Assembly: GCA_045863855.1 (NCBI GenBank)
Contig: BTVV01000031.1
Location: 1-59,284, forward strand
Source of the DNA: Planctomycetota bacterium
GTDB lineage: Bacteria; Planctomycetota; SZUA-567; H5-PLA8
Direction: 5' to 3'
DNA length: 59,284 nucleotides
The position numbers were made by a program, and so were the translations under genes. Below are positions 8,933 through 19,178 of this stretch, in pieces (the first letter of the stretch is position 1; every line of letters starts with the position of its first letter). The notes under the pieces are model-generated. The model saw nothing but the letters and a program-made list of their open reading frames with translations, did no database searches and was not told the DNA's origin.

Positions 8933-10207
8933 TCAGACCGGGTGCGAGCTGAGTCCTAGAGTTTTGGCCCAGGGGCTGGGGGCGATGGTGCGGAGTTTCA
9001 GTTTCTTGTCGTGCACCTCGGCCCAGCGTTGAATCGAGCGGACTTGCATGGCGGTAAAGGCGGTGACGTGGCCGAGCGCGGGCGGGGCTCCCTTTTTAAC
9101 CGTCAGCGGTTCGGCGTGAATATCTCCGGAGGCGAGCGCGGCCACGGGCGTGCTGTGTTCTTTCTGGGGGCGTTCGACGAGCGTCATGCGCAGTACGACG
9201 GTGGCGCTGGCCCAGACGCAGGTGGCGCATCCGGCGCCGGCGCCGGCATCGGCGGGCGCGAGCGCGGGATCGGCCACCTTGGGCACGAACGGAGCGATGA
9301 CGCGCTGGCCTTCGCCTTCGAGTGCGGATTTGAACGCGCGCTGCAAGAGGTTGATGAATTCCGAGAGCAGCGGATCGGAATCGGCGGGGTCGAAATCGAG
9401 CGACTGGGTGACTTCCTGGACGAGGCCGAGGACGCTGGGTCCGTCGATCTCGAGGCGCAGGTCGATCCAGCGCCCGAGGGTCTCAAGATAGAAGGACGTG
9501 CCGCCGATACGCGTGGGTTCGCCCATCTGCCCGGTGGCCTGCGGCGCTGCGGCGTCCGGCGCCAACCCGAATTGTTCGCAGACGCGCCCGACGACTTCGC
9601 TGAGGTTTCGCAGCGTACGCAGCGAACCGGCCTCGTTCGACCACGCCTCCTCCTGGCGCATGAGCACCGCCTCGCCGGAAGCGACCTGCGCGGGAGCCGC
9701 GTGGGACGCATGCGGCTTCGCGGCGTCGAGGCCGATGACCTTCGAGACCTTATGCTTTACGAGCAGATCGCCGAGCAGGTTGTGGCGAAAGAGAAGCTGT
9801 TCGAGCTGTCCGGCGTAGTTGCGCAGTTCGTCCTGCACGCCGACGATGCGTTCGGCGACGCGCAGGCGGGCCTGGAGTTCGGATGGATTGACGGGCTTGA
9901 TCAGGTAGTCGTCGGCGCCGGCGTCGAGTCCGGTGACGAGATCGGAGGCGCTGTCGCGGCCGGTGGCCATGATGACGTAGGTGTAAGGCCGGTCGCTCTG
10001 CGCGCGCAGGCGCTGGCAGACATCGACGCCGGAAAGGCCGGGCATCATCCAATCGATGAGCGCAATCTGCGGCGGTTCTCCGCGCTGGAGGATTTCCCAG
10101 GCCGCGGGCCCGTTCTCGACGAGTTCGGCGGTGTGTCCGGCATCTTCGACCAGTTTTCTCAGGAAAATGCGGATGAGCTTGTCGTCGTCGGCGATCAAAA
10201 CGTGCAT
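8933..10207 (-). CDS. Response regulator (REC) with a C-terminal CheC/CheX-like region
   Basis: IADDD, IDWMMPG, GLDAGADDYLIKP; later LLSEFINLL (E-x-x-N) after a beta-helix segment. Confidence 0.8.
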   Translation of the reverse strand: MHVLIADDDKLIRIFLRKLVEDAGHTAELVENGPAAWEILQRGEPPQIALIDWMMPGLSGVDVCQRLRAQSDRPYTYVIMATGRDSASDLVTGLDAGADDYLIKPVNPSELQARLRVAERIVGVQDELRNYAGQLEQLLFRHNLLGDLLVKHKVSKVIGLDAAKPHASHAAPAQVASGEAVLMRQEEAWSNEAGSLRTLRNLSEVVGRVCEQFGLAPDAAAPQATGQMGEPTRIGGTSFYLETLGRWIDLRLEIDGPSVLGLVQEVTQSLDFDPADSDPLLSEFINLLQRAFKSALEGEGQRVIAPFVPKVADPALAPADAGAGAGCATCVWASATVVLRMTLVERPQKEHSTPVAALASGDIHAEPLTVKKGAPPALGHVTAFTAMQVRSIQRWAEVHDKKLKLRTIAPSPWAKTLGLSSHPV

Positions 10208-10387
10208 GTGGAAGCTCCTTATAGGTCTGCATGGAATGGAACGCGCCTATACCTGGCCTGTTTGTAACGGAGCGCGGGGCCAAACACCAACGCCGCGGGT
10301 CGGAGCGTAACGAAAAATCTTGCGGCGGCCCGGGCGTGGGGTAACGTAAGGAAAGCATTTGTTACAAACCCACCGGAGCGTTTACTC

Positions 10388-10840
10388 ATGGCTCACGCCG
10401 CCGCCGATCCGCGCCGCCTCGCCTTGCCGCTCGATACGCCCGTGGACCTGATTCCCGGCGCGCAGGGCGATCCGGTGGAGACGGGCCTGCAGGTTCCGTT
10501 CGAGATCGTGGATCTGCCGAACGTGCCGGGGAAGAATTGCCCGTGCGGGCTGAGCCACCGCGCGTTCACGCGTCCGGACAACCGCGCGTGCACGCTGCAT
10601 CTGGTGGAGATCAAGTCGGACGCGGTGGCGCATTACCACAAGTATCTGACCGAGGTGTACTACTTCCTCGAAGGGGAAGGCCAGATCGAGCTGGACGGGA
10701 AGCTGTATCCGGTGAAGCCCGGCGTATCGGTGCTGATCCGCCCCGGCACGCGGCACCGCGCGGTGAGCGGCGGGAAGCCGATGAAGATCCTGAACGTGGT
10801 GGTTCCGCATTTCGATCCGGCGGACGAGTGGTTCGATTGA
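10388..10840 (+). CDS. Cupin domain protein
   Basis: CPCG, HYHKYLTEVYY and PGTRHRA cupin metal motifs. Confidence 0.9.
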   Translation: MAHAAADPRRLALPLDTPVDLIPGAQGDPVETGLQVPFEIVDLPNVPGKNCPCGLSHRAFTRPDNRACTLHLVEIKSDAVAHYHKYLTEVYYFLEGEGQIELDGKLYPVKPGVSVLIRPGTRHRAVSGGKPMKILNVVVPHFDPADEWFD

Positions 10841-10904
10841 GGCCGCGGCCCGGCACCGGCCGGGCGTTCCGCAGGTTCACCCTTTCGCACGGAGTTAAAC
10901 CTTC

Positions 10905-11918
10905 ATGTCCCGCAAGCCCGTGGTCGCGATCGATATTCCCGCCGGCACTTTGAAGCAGATCATGAGCGACGCCACCCGCGCGACGCTCGACCGCGAATTC
11001 GAAACGCGCTGGCACGCGGCCGACGAAAAGCTGACCGAGGACTCCGTCGCGGCGCTCGCCCAAAACGCCGACGCGATCATGACCGGCTGGGGCGCGCAGA
11101 AGATCACGCCGAAGATTCTCGACGCCGCGCCGGGGCTGAAGGTCGTCTCGCATTCCGCCGGCACGGTGAAGGGGCTCGTTTGCGACGAACTCTGGTCGCG
11201 CGGGATCACCGTCACGAGCTGCGCACCGGAGATCGCGATCGACGTCGCGCAGTACACGGTGGGCCTGATGGCCGTCGGGATCAAGAACGTGCTGGAACTG
11301 GTCCCCGCAACGAAGGCCGGCGCGTGGTGGAAGCGCCCCGAACACCTGCGCCCGCCGAACGATCTGCGCGGCAGCACGGTGGGCGTCATCTCGGCCAGCC
11401 AGGTGGGCCGCAATACGCTGCGCATCCTGCAGGCCTACGATGTCCAGGCGCTGCTGTTCGATCCGTTCGTCAGCGCCGAACAGGCGCGCGCGATGGGCGC
11501 GGAGAAGGTGGAGTTGGAAGATCTTTTCCGCCGCAGCGATCTGATTACGATCCACGCGCCGTCGCTTCCGGCCACGCGGCATATGGTCAACGCGAAGATG
11601 CTGGGCTTGATGAAGGACCACGCGGGCCTGATCAACACGTCGCGCGGCACGATGGTCGACGAAGCGGCGCTGGTGGCGGAGTTGCAGAAAGGCCGCGGGG
11701 TGTGGGCGATCCTGGATGTGACCGATCCCGAGCCGCCGCCGCCGGGCTCGGCGCTGTACAGTTGCCCGAATCTGTACCTGACGCCGCACATCGCGGGGAG
11801 CGTCGGTCGCGGCCGGCTGCGACTGGGGCAGGCGGCGTACGAGGAGATCCGGCGCGTGCTGGCCGGGGAGGCGCCGAAGTTCAACGTCACCGAGAAGATG
11901 CTGGCCACGATGGCGTGA
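10905..11918 (+). CDS. D-2-hydroxyacid dehydrogenase family protein
   Basis: HSAGTVK, IHAP, INTSRG, LDVTDPEP and TPHIAG motifs. Confidence 0.93.
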   Translation: MSRKPVVAIDIPAGTLKQIMSDATRATLDREFETRWHAADEKLTEDSVAALAQNADAIMTGWGAQKITPKILDAAPGLKVVSHSAGTVKGLVCDELWSRGITVTSCAPEIAIDVAQYTVGLMAVGIKNVLELVPATKAGAWWKRPEHLRPPNDLRGSTVGVISASQVGRNTLRILQAYDVQALLFDPFVSAEQARAMGAEKVELEDLFRRSDLITIHAPSLPATRHMVNAKMLGLMKDHAGLINTSRGTMVDEAALVAELQKGRGVWAILDVTDPEPPPPGSALYSCPNLYLTPHIAGSVGRGRLRLGQAAYEEIRRVLAGEAPKFNVTEKMLATMA

Positions 11919-12073
11919 GCCGGCGGGCACGCTCCCCCGGCCTTTTCGCGCCTTTTCATGAAGGCGAAGGCCGCTAGTTTGATCTAGCCGATACCGACTG
12001 GAACGGCGCCTGACGGGCACACGGTGCGTGCCTGCCGGGAGCCGTCGTCTGCCTCCCGGAAGCCCGCCACGAC

Positions 12074-14011
12074 ATGCCCGAAGCCGCCGCCGCACCCGAT
12101 GAGCCCGCAGCGCATGCTCGAACCGAGACGGCGGCTACCCGCAACGGGGCGCTCTTCCGTTCGGCGGGGATCGTCAGCTTCATGACGGTGGTGAGCCGGG
12201 TGCTGGGGCTCCTGCGCGACCGTTATCTGGCGGCGCTCTTCGGGGCTTCCTGGATCAGCGACGCGTTCAACCTTGCGTTCATCCTGCCGAACTTGACGCG
12301 GCGGCTCTTCGGCGAGGGGGCGCTCAGTTCGGCCTTCGTGCCGATCTTCTCGGAGCAACTGGCGAAAGAGCAGCGGCCGGAAGCGTTCCGGACGGCCTCG
12401 GTGCTGATGACGCGGCTGGCGCTGTTCCTGTTTCTGGGCAGCGGGTTGCTGGTGGCGGTCTCGATGGGCGTGCTTTCGGGGCTTCCTGCGGAGCGCGAGT
12501 CGCTGCGCCTGACGCTCGAACTGGCCGCGATCATGCTCTTCTACTGCGTGCTGGCGAACGTGGGCGCGGTACTGATGGGGGTGCTGAACAGTCTGCGCCA
12601 CTTCGCCGCGCCGGCGGCGGCTCCGGTGCTTTTGAATCTGTGCATGATCGCGGCGTGCTGGTACGGACTGCATCAAGGCCGCGAAGCTCCGCTGGACGAG
12701 CGCGTGAAGCTTGTGGCGTGGTCGGTGATGGCCGGCGGGCTGCTGCAACTGCTGGTGATGATTCCTCCGGCGCTGGCGCGCGGCTTCAAGTTCACGCCCA
12801 GCCTGAATAAGTCGGACACGGGCTACCGCGAGACGATGCAGAAGTTCGGCCCGGTGGTGCTGGGCGTGGCGCTCTTTCAGATCAATATCTTGATCGACCA
12901 GGTGATCGCGCGGTTCATGATTCCCGAGGACGGTCCGGTGACGATGCTGGCGTACGGGAACCGTCTGATTCAGCTTCCGTGGGCGATTTTCTCGCTGGCG
13001 CTGGCGACGGCGGCGCTTCCGATGCTCTCGCACTGGTGGGCCAAGGAAGACAAGCCGGCCTTCGCCGGGGCGGTAAACGCGGCGGTGCGGAACACGCTCT
13101 TTCTGGCGGTGCCCAGTGCGGTGGGGCTGATGCTGCTCTCCGGCGAACTGGTGCGGCTCTTTTACGGAACGGGCGCGTTCCTGGCGAACAACGGCGAAGC
13201 CGTCTCGCGCACCGGCCGAGTGGTCTTCTGCTTCGCGCTGGGACTGCCCTTCTACAGCCTCAACGCGGTCCTCGCACGCGCGCTGTACGCGACGAAAGAC
13301 ATGCGTTCGCCGACCATCGCCGCGGCGTGGTCGGTGGCGCTGAACGTAATCCTGAACGTCATCCTGGTGCAGACCGACCTGAAGGAAGCGGGGCTGGCGC
13401 TGGCTTCCACGATTTCGGGCGGGTTCCAGACGCTGTGGATGACGCGGGTGCTGTACCGGCGCACCGAAGCGCATGCGGCGGGCCGGCTGGCGGGCTTTGC
13501 GGGAACGATGGCGTTCGGGCTGGCCGTGGGGGGAATGGCCGCGGCCTACGTGTACCACCGCATGAGCGCGAATCCGGATTACGAAGGCTTCATGGTCTTC
13601 TTCGCCTGCGCGGGCGCGGGGCTGCTCCCGCTGGCTTTCCTGGGCTTCCAGTATTTCAAAATGCGGCTGAAAGAGGCGCGCGAAGCGTACGAGCGCGAGC
13701 GTCCGAAGGACGCAGAAGCGGATGAGCCGCCGCGCTTCGGAGTACCGGACGAGCGCTGGCCGACGGATCTGGCGTTCTTCCACGCGCTGTACACGATCGC
13801 GATCGCGAGCGCCGTGATGGGGCTGGCGGTATGGGCGGTGCGCGACAGCCTGCCGCCGGCGGGGAACGCGTTCGCGCTGGTCTTCCAGCGCGGAATCATT
13901 CCGGTCATCGCCGGGATGGCGGTTTACGTCTTCGCCGCGCAAGGGGTGCAGAGCCGCGAGTACGACGAATTGAAGGCCGCATTCGCGCGGAAGACGAAGC
14001 GGAAGGGTTAG
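12074..14011 (+). CDS. murJ: Lipid II flippase MurJ
   Basis: SRVLGLLRD, DAFNLAFILPNLTRRLFGEGALSSAFVP, QINILID and RLIQLP motifs. Confidence 0.95.
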   Translation: MPEAAAAPDEPAAHARTETAATRNGALFRSAGIVSFMTVVSRVLGLLRDRYLAALFGASWISDAFNLAFILPNLTRRLFGEGALSSAFVPIFSEQLAKEQRPEAFRTASVLMTRLALFLFLGSGLLVAVSMGVLSGLPAERESLRLTLELAAIMLFYCVLANVGAVLMGVLNSLRHFAAPAAAPVLLNLCMIAACWYGLHQGREAPLDERVKLVAWSVMAGGLLQLLVMIPPALARGFKFTPSLNKSDTGYRETMQKFGPVVLGVALFQINILIDQVIARFMIPEDGPVTMLAYGNRLIQLPWAIFSLALATAALPMLSHWWAKEDKPAFAGAVNAAVRNTLFLAVPSAVGLMLLSGELVRLFYGTGAFLANNGEAVSRTGRVVFCFALGLPFYSLNAVLARALYATKDMRSPTIAAAWSVALNVILNVILVQTDLKEAGLALASTISGGFQTLWMTRVLYRRTEAHAAGRLAGFAGTMAFGLAVGGMAAAYVYHRMSANPDYEGFMVFFACAGAGLLPLAFLGFQYFKMRLKEAREAYERERPKDAEADEPPRFGVPDERWPTDLAFFHALYTIAIASAVMGLAVWAVRDSLPPAGNAFALVFQRGIIPVIAGMAVYVFAAQGVQSREYDELKAAFARKTKRKG

Positions 14012-14017
14012 GGCTGT

Positions 14018-14068
14018 AAACGGCAAACGTCAAACGGCAAGAACCGCACAAACGGCAAGCGGCAAACA
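14018..14068 (+). repeat. AAACGGCAA short direct repeats
   Basis: Exact copies at 14018-14026, 14032-14040 and 14050-14058, plus degenerate copies. Confidence 0.6.
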
Positions 14069-14112
14069 CCCCAATCGGCTAACGACCATTCGGAACCGGG
14101 GCCGCGGCACAA

Positions 14113-14595
14113 CTACGGCCAGAAGTTGAAGCGGCGGGAGTTGATGTCGAGAAGGGTCAGGATTTCGAGGCCGTCGTCGAGCGGGGCGTTGTGGTCGAGG
14201 ATCCACTGAATGATGTCGAGGTTCTCGCCGCCGTGTTTGATGAGTTCGACGATACAGGCGATCAGTTCGAGGTTGCGGTGGAAGTCGCGCTTGAGGATGC
14301 CGAAGTCGGCGCGGTCGAGTTCGCTCCAGTAGCGTTCGCCGCTGAGGTGTTCGATCCAGCGGTCGCGGCACCAACGCCACCAATGCCGCCGCGACCAGTC
14401 GTGGATCGCGGCTTCACCCAAGTCCCGGCCGGCCTTCTCGGACTCGATCCACTTATGCCGTTCGGCTTCCGCCAACGCGTGCCGAAACAACTCCGTGTCC
14501 CGTTGAAGGACCGTCGTCCCTACCAAGCGGCCAACTTCGGCCATGTGCTGCCCGCTCCCAGGGCTCACCCGTTCCAGCGTGCCCGTAACCCCCAT
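14113..14595 (-). CDS. Conserved hypothetical protein (DUF4032-like motif)
   Basis: ERHKWIESEKAGRDLGEAAIHDW motif; coding-like composition. Confidence 0.75.
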   Translation of the reverse strand: MGVTGTLERVSPGSGQHMAEVGRLVGTTVLQRDTELFRHALAEAERHKWIESEKAGRDLGEAAIHDWSRRHWWRWCRDRWIEHLSGERYWSELDRADFGILKRDFHRNLELIACIVELIKHGGENLDIIQWILDHNAPLDDGLEILTLLDINSRRFNFWP

Positions 14596-14765
14596 AATCT
14601 ATACACCGTTTCTACTGTCAATTTCTGCGCATCGTGCCCGATTCAAATACCTACCCACAAGGCGGATTATCTCACCTGACCGGGCGGTCGGGCAATATGA
14701 AAATCAGCTAAGAAGCTTAATGTCTTGCGCTTAAGACGCATGGTGCATGATTGGGTTTATGCGCT

Positions 14766-15458
14766 TCACTTGTCCCTTTCGCAGATCCGACGATACGCAT
14801 TCACCGCCGCATGTGCCTGCCGGGTCGGTTCGGGTAGCCGGTACTCGGGGCGCGTACAGCGGAGCGCCCATTCCGCGGCGGCTTCCAGGCCGATGCGATG
14901 GCCGACGGATACGTAAAGCGGATGCGCGTTCGGACGCGTGCGCAGGACCGTCCCGATGCGTTCGGCGGCGTCGAAGAGCGGCTCGGCGGAACCGCGCGCG
15001 TTCTGGGGCTCGGCATGCGTCCCCACCAAGCGGCTCTTGGCGACGCCCAGCGTGGGCACATCCAGCCACAGGCCAAGGTGGCACGCGAGTCCGAAGCGCC
15101 GCGGATGCGCGTAGCCGTGCCCGTCGAAGCAGACGAGATCGGGGCGCTGCTTGAGCTTCCGAAACGCATCCAGCAAGACCGGACCTTCGCGGAAGGAGAG
15201 ATACCCCGGCACGTAGGGGAAGCTCGCACACCGGCGCGCCGTGACGGTCTCCACGACATCCAGTCCGGGCCAAGCCAGGACGACGACGGCTCCGTAGAGC
15301 CATTCCGAGCCGCGGCGATGCGACATGTCTGCGCCGGCGATCAGACCCGGCTTAAAGGACCGGGGTGTGACGGCTTCGACGCGAGCGGCAAGGCGCGCCT
15401 GGAGCGCCTTGGCGTGGGGTACATCAAGCGGCCAGGTATGCAGCCGAGCGCAACGCAT
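14766..15458 (-). CDS. nfi: Endonuclease V
   Basis: IAGAD, FPYVPGYLSFRE, DGHGYAHPRRFGLACH, GVAKS, YRLPEPTRQAH. Start ATG overlaps the upstream stop (TAATG). Confidence 0.95.
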   Translation of the reverse strand: MRCARLHTWPLDVPHAKALQARLAARVEAVTPRSFKPGLIAGADMSHRRGSEWLYGAVVVLAWPGLDVVETVTARRCASFPYVPGYLSFREGPVLLDAFRKLKQRPDLVCFDGHGYAHPRRFGLACHLGLWLDVPTLGVAKSRLVGTHAEPQNARGSAEPLFDAAERIGTVLRTRPNAHPLYVSVGHRIGLEAAAEWALRCTRPEYRLPEPTRQAHAAVNAYRRICERDK

Positions 15459-16855
15459 TACGACTTGGACGGGAGCGGCGTCGCGACAGGCGGGGCCTCC
15501 TGCGCGGGCGGCTGGAGTTCGGCGGCCACGGCGGCGGGGTCCATTCCGGTGGCGTCCTCGATGATGCGCAGCCGCGCTTCGAGGCGGCGTTCGAGGTCGC
15601 GGTAGGCGAGCTTCTGGCGCACGAGGACCATGGCGACGGAGGTCACACCCCAAATAGGCAAGAGGATCTCGAGGGCGAGCGTGTACATCCCGGGCGCGTT
15701 GTAGGGATTGAAGAGCAACACGCAGAGGATCGCGATGGCCGCACCGGCGCTGACGCCGTAGGTGAGAAAATACGCATGGGGGAGGCGCGGGAGCGCGCTG
15801 GTGAAGGGCGGGCGCGCGAGGATCATCGCGACGACGCCGATGCCCAAGGCCAGAATGGTTGCGGTCAAGCTGGGCGTACGCCCGGCCGACCACGCGGCGA
15901 GGCTCATGCCCAAGCCGGAGTAACCGACCCGGTCGAGCAACAGCAGGGTGAGAATCAGCCCGACGAGCGCGGCGACGAGACAGAGCGCGAGTTGCGCGCC
16001 GTGGCGGACTTCGGTACGCAGGACCTGCGTGGCTCCGGTGCGGCGCAGCGGCACGGGCAGTTCGGCGACCTGCTTGGGCGGATCGGCGTAGGGAATCTGG
16101 AGCAGCGCTTCGCGGACGAAGTCCGGTCCCAGGCGGTGCGCCGAGAAGGTTCCCGCGGCGAGCCCCAGGACGGTGCGGACAGCCTCGTCTTCGCGGCGGG
16201 CGTCGGGATCGTTCTGGATGAACTTCTCGAGTTCGGCGCGGCGCGCGTAGCTCATGCCGCCTTCGGCCAGCGTGACGGCGAGGCCCAACGAGTCGCGGCG
16301 CATGGGCGAGAGCGTGGCCGGATCGGGCGGCGCTCCGGGCGTCCCGGCGAAACCCGCGCGATAGCCCACGTCCACGGCCACGCGGCGCAGGGATTCGAGG
16401 ATTTCCTGGTCGTCGGCGCCGAGGAGTCCGGCAATCTCGCTCACCGCCAAGCCTTCGACGTGGCGCAGGAAGAAGACGATCGTCTCGGGCAGCGGGCAGT
16501 CCGCCATGCCTTGGCGCAAGCTGCGGCGGGCCAGGACCTTCTCGGTCTTGAGGATGCTGTGCCCGCCGCCGTCGGCGGGTTCGTCTTCGCCGGGCTGCGG
16601 CTTCTGGAGACTGGCGGCCTTTTCGACGCACTGGGCCAGCAGTTCGACGAAGCCTTCGGTTTCGGCCAGCTTAGGGAGGCGCTGCACGACCAGCGGCCAA
16701 GCGGCTCGCGCGACCCGCTGGGCTTGCGGGAAGCTGTGGGTGGCGCGGAAGGCCAAAGCGTAGCTGACGCCTTGGTAACGCTCCAGGAGCCCGCGCAGCG
16801 CGGCACGTTCGCCGCGGATGGCACGATGGATCAGTTGGACGTGGGACTCGGTCAA
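15458..16855 (-). CDS. ECF sigma factor-like protein with anti-sigma-like and 4-TM C-terminal extension
   Basis: LIHRAIRGERAALRGLLERYQ (region 2-like), VFFLRHVEGLAVSEIAGLLG (region 4), then four hydrophobic helices. Start uncertain (TTG 16855; ORF open to 16939). Confidence 0.72.
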   Translation of the reverse strand: MTESHVQLIHRAIRGERAALRGLLERYQGVSYALAFRATHSFPQAQRVARAAWPLVVQRLPKLAETEGFVELLAQCVEKAASLQKPQPGEDEPADGGGHSILKTEKVLARRSLRQGMADCPLPETIVFFLRHVEGLAVSEIAGLLGADDQEILESLRRVAVDVGYRAGFAGTPGAPPDPATLSPMRRDSLGLAVTLAEGGMSYARRAELEKFIQNDPDARREDEAVRTVLGLAAGTFSAHRLGPDFVREALLQIPYADPPKQVAELPVPLRRTGATQVLRTEVRHGAQLALCLVAALVGLILTLLLLDRVGYSGLGMSLAAWSAGRTPSLTATILALGIGVVAMILARPPFTSALPRLPHAYFLTYGVSAGAAIAILCVLLFNPYNAPGMYTLALEILLPIWGVTSVAMVLVRQKLAYRDLERRLEARLRIIEDATGMDPAAVAAELQPPAQEAPPVATPLPSKS

Positions 16856-17125
16856 AATGCTTGGCCTCGGATGCAGGTACAGTCTACATAACGATCGACG
16901 CGCATCTCTTTTACACGGCGGCGAAAGGTTGCGAGTCACTCACACAAGGTGCAATGCCGGCCTTTTAAGATGCGCTCAGGGGGGCGCGGAGGCAAGCGGA
17001 AAGTGCGGCGGTTGGATGCAAGGCAAGGCTCGTTCAGCCGTTGAGCTAGTCGAACACAGGATGTACATTGCGCAGCGCCGACAGGTTTTCCGCCTTGGCG
17101 GGCGCTTTCACGGGGAGATTTTCGC

Positions 17126-18328
17126 ATGGCACGCCGTATGGGACGACCGTCCGCTCGCCGCGACCCGAATCGCGGCATCAAATTCGAGGTCAAGGAAACC
17201 GACCAGGCCACGCTGATCAGCGGGCCGTTTACCGGGACGATGCAGGCCGGCCCCGCGCGCCCCGTGCGCGCCCACGGGCTCTCCGACGAGCACCAGGACC
17301 GCGGGCTCGTGTACGTCGAGAAGCAGCTTTGGGACGACGCGATCGCGGAGTTCAAGAAGTCGATCGAGCTGACGCCGGACTTCGCCGAAGGCTTCAACAA
17401 CCTGGGCCTGTGCCACATCTACGCCAAGCGCTACAACGAGGCGATCGAGGCGCTGACTCAGGCGGTGCGGCACTTCCCCGGCTGGCATATCGCGACGGCG
17501 AACCTGGGGCTCGCCTATCAGAAGGCGGGGAAGCTCGATAAGGCGATTCACTATTACCGGCAGTCGGTGAGCAAGTTCTCGAAGCAGGCTCCGGTCTGGG
17601 CGAGCCTGGGCGAATGCCTGGAGACGTCGGGCGAAGTCGATCAGGCCGAAGAGGCTTACCGGCAGGCGCTTTCGCTGGCGGCCAACTACGGCCTGCCGCT
17701 GTACCGGCTGGGGATGATCCTGGCGCGCAAGACGCTGCTGGACGAAGCCGAACAGTTGCTCGAGAAGGCGCTGGCGCAAGACCCGAGCCTGGCCGATGCG
17801 GCCGGCGTGCTGGGCGCGATTCAGGCTCGGCGCGGCAATCTGGCCCGCGCGAAGGACCTCTGGAATCAGGCCAAAGAAGCGCGTCCCGAGAAGGTGCCCG
17901 CCGCGGCCTCGCGCGGGCTGGCTTCGATCGAAGCCTACGAGACGGGCGTGCACCGCAACTACGAAGAGATTCAGACGGCGCTGGAAGACCTGCCCACGAT
18001 CGCGGAGTGCATGTTCAACGCGGGCTTGGCGTACATGCAGGCGAACAACCTCTCGATGGCGCGGAGCAGCTTCCAGAACGCGGCGGACGAAGACGCGGAA
18101 TGGGCCGAGCCGCTGCTGTGGCTGGGCATGATCGAAGCGCTGCAGGAAAACCCGAGCCGCTCGCGCGAACACTGGCAGAAAGCGAAGCAACTCGACCCTC
18201 AAAACGCGTGGCTGACGGAGCAGTTGGGGCTGACGGCCTTGGCGCTGGGGCTGCGGCAGGAGGCGGAGCGGTTGTTCGAGGAAGCCCGCAAGCTGGGCCG
18301 CGAGGTGGAGCCGGTGAACGTGGGGTGA
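17126..18328 (+). CDS. Tetratricopeptide repeat protein
   Basis: Successive 34-aa TPRs (AIAEFKKSIELTPDFAEGFNNLG, AEEAYRQAL, etc.). Confidence 0.9.
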   Translation: MARRMGRPSARRDPNRGIKFEVKETDQATLISGPFTGTMQAGPARPVRAHGLSDEHQDRGLVYVEKQLWDDAIAEFKKSIELTPDFAEGFNNLGLCHIYAKRYNEAIEALTQAVRHFPGWHIATANLGLAYQKAGKLDKAIHYYRQSVSKFSKQAPVWASLGECLETSGEVDQAEEAYRQALSLAANYGLPLYRLGMILARKTLLDEAEQLLEKALAQDPSLADAAGVLGAIQARRGNLARAKDLWNQAKEARPEKVPAAASRGLASIEAYETGVHRNYEEIQTALEDLPTIAECMFNAGLAYMQANNLSMARSSFQNAADEDAEWAEPLLWLGMIEALQENPSRSREHWQKAKQLDPQNAWLTEQLGLTALALGLRQEAERLFEEARKLGREVEPVNVG

Positions 18329-18578
18329 GGCGGGCGGGGACGGGCGGAAGGTATTGAGTAGGCGGTTAACGGTAAAGGGCAGTGGTGCGGCAGTAATCGC
18401 GCCTGTAGACGTAAGCCGGTAGTCTGCAAACCAAGTTGGTAAGGGAAATTGCCGTTTCACAAAGAAGTAGATTCTCAATCGAATATGGTCAATGAGGCGT
18501 ACTTGCGGCCAATCCTACTTAAGACCGCTGCGACTTCCGGCGAAGCAAAGGATGCCTTCCGCTAAATGGAATCAGCAG

Positions 18579-19178
18579 ATGGGTTACAATATTTATTGGC
18601 TGGGCGTACGAGGTAAAGCGAACGATGTAGTTCTGTCCGAGCTGGGCTTTTGTGGTACGGGCAAGTTTGAGGAATCTCCGGAGGGTAAGTATTCGGCCGT
18701 ACTACTGTCCACCGGGTGGTATGTGATATTTGCGAATGAAACTGGCTATTACCCTTCGCTTAGTGACTTGAACCAGCTCTCCCAGAATGCCGAAGTACTT
18801 TTGTGCCAAATCATGGAAGGGTCCATGTACAGCGAGGCGAGCCATTGGCGCCTCGGAACCATGGTCTGGAATGTAACCCATGATAGCAGTCGAGGACTCA
18901 AGCACCTGCATGTGAGAGGTGAACCACCTGCCGCGTATCACAAAATTCGAGAGAGCTTATTGCAAAAACAGGATATGGACACCTCAACCTACCAGGGGAT
19001 GGGCGTTGATTATATTTTCGACGTACCTATCGAACTCGCTAGGGCAATCACAGGATTCAGGCATGACGAGGACATACTTTATCTTGATGAGGACATAGTT
19101 GAACCCTTTGAATTATTGGAAGCGGTCGCCCCGCCGGCCAAGCGTAGGGGATTCTTCCAGTGGCTTTTTAGAAGGTAG
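18579..19178 (+). CDS. Hypothetical protein in a low-GC insert
   Basis: 199-aa ORF starting MGYNIYWLGVRG; AT-richer codon usage than the flanks. Confidence 0.75.
   Translation: MGYNIYWLGVRGKANDVVLSELGFCGTGKFEESPEGKYSAVLLSTGWYVIFANETGYYPSLSDLNQLSQNAEVLLCQIMEGSMYSEASHWRLGTMVWNVTHDSSRGLKHLHVRGEPPAAYHKIRESLLQKQDMDTSTYQGMGVDYIFDVPIELARAITGFRHDEDILYLDEDIVEPFELLEAVAPPAKRRGFFQWLFRR

Noticed and set aside
14766..16631. 621-aa endonuclease V fusion in the ORF track
   Set aside because: The N-terminal extension is an off-frame read of the sigma-like gene; the real start is 15458.
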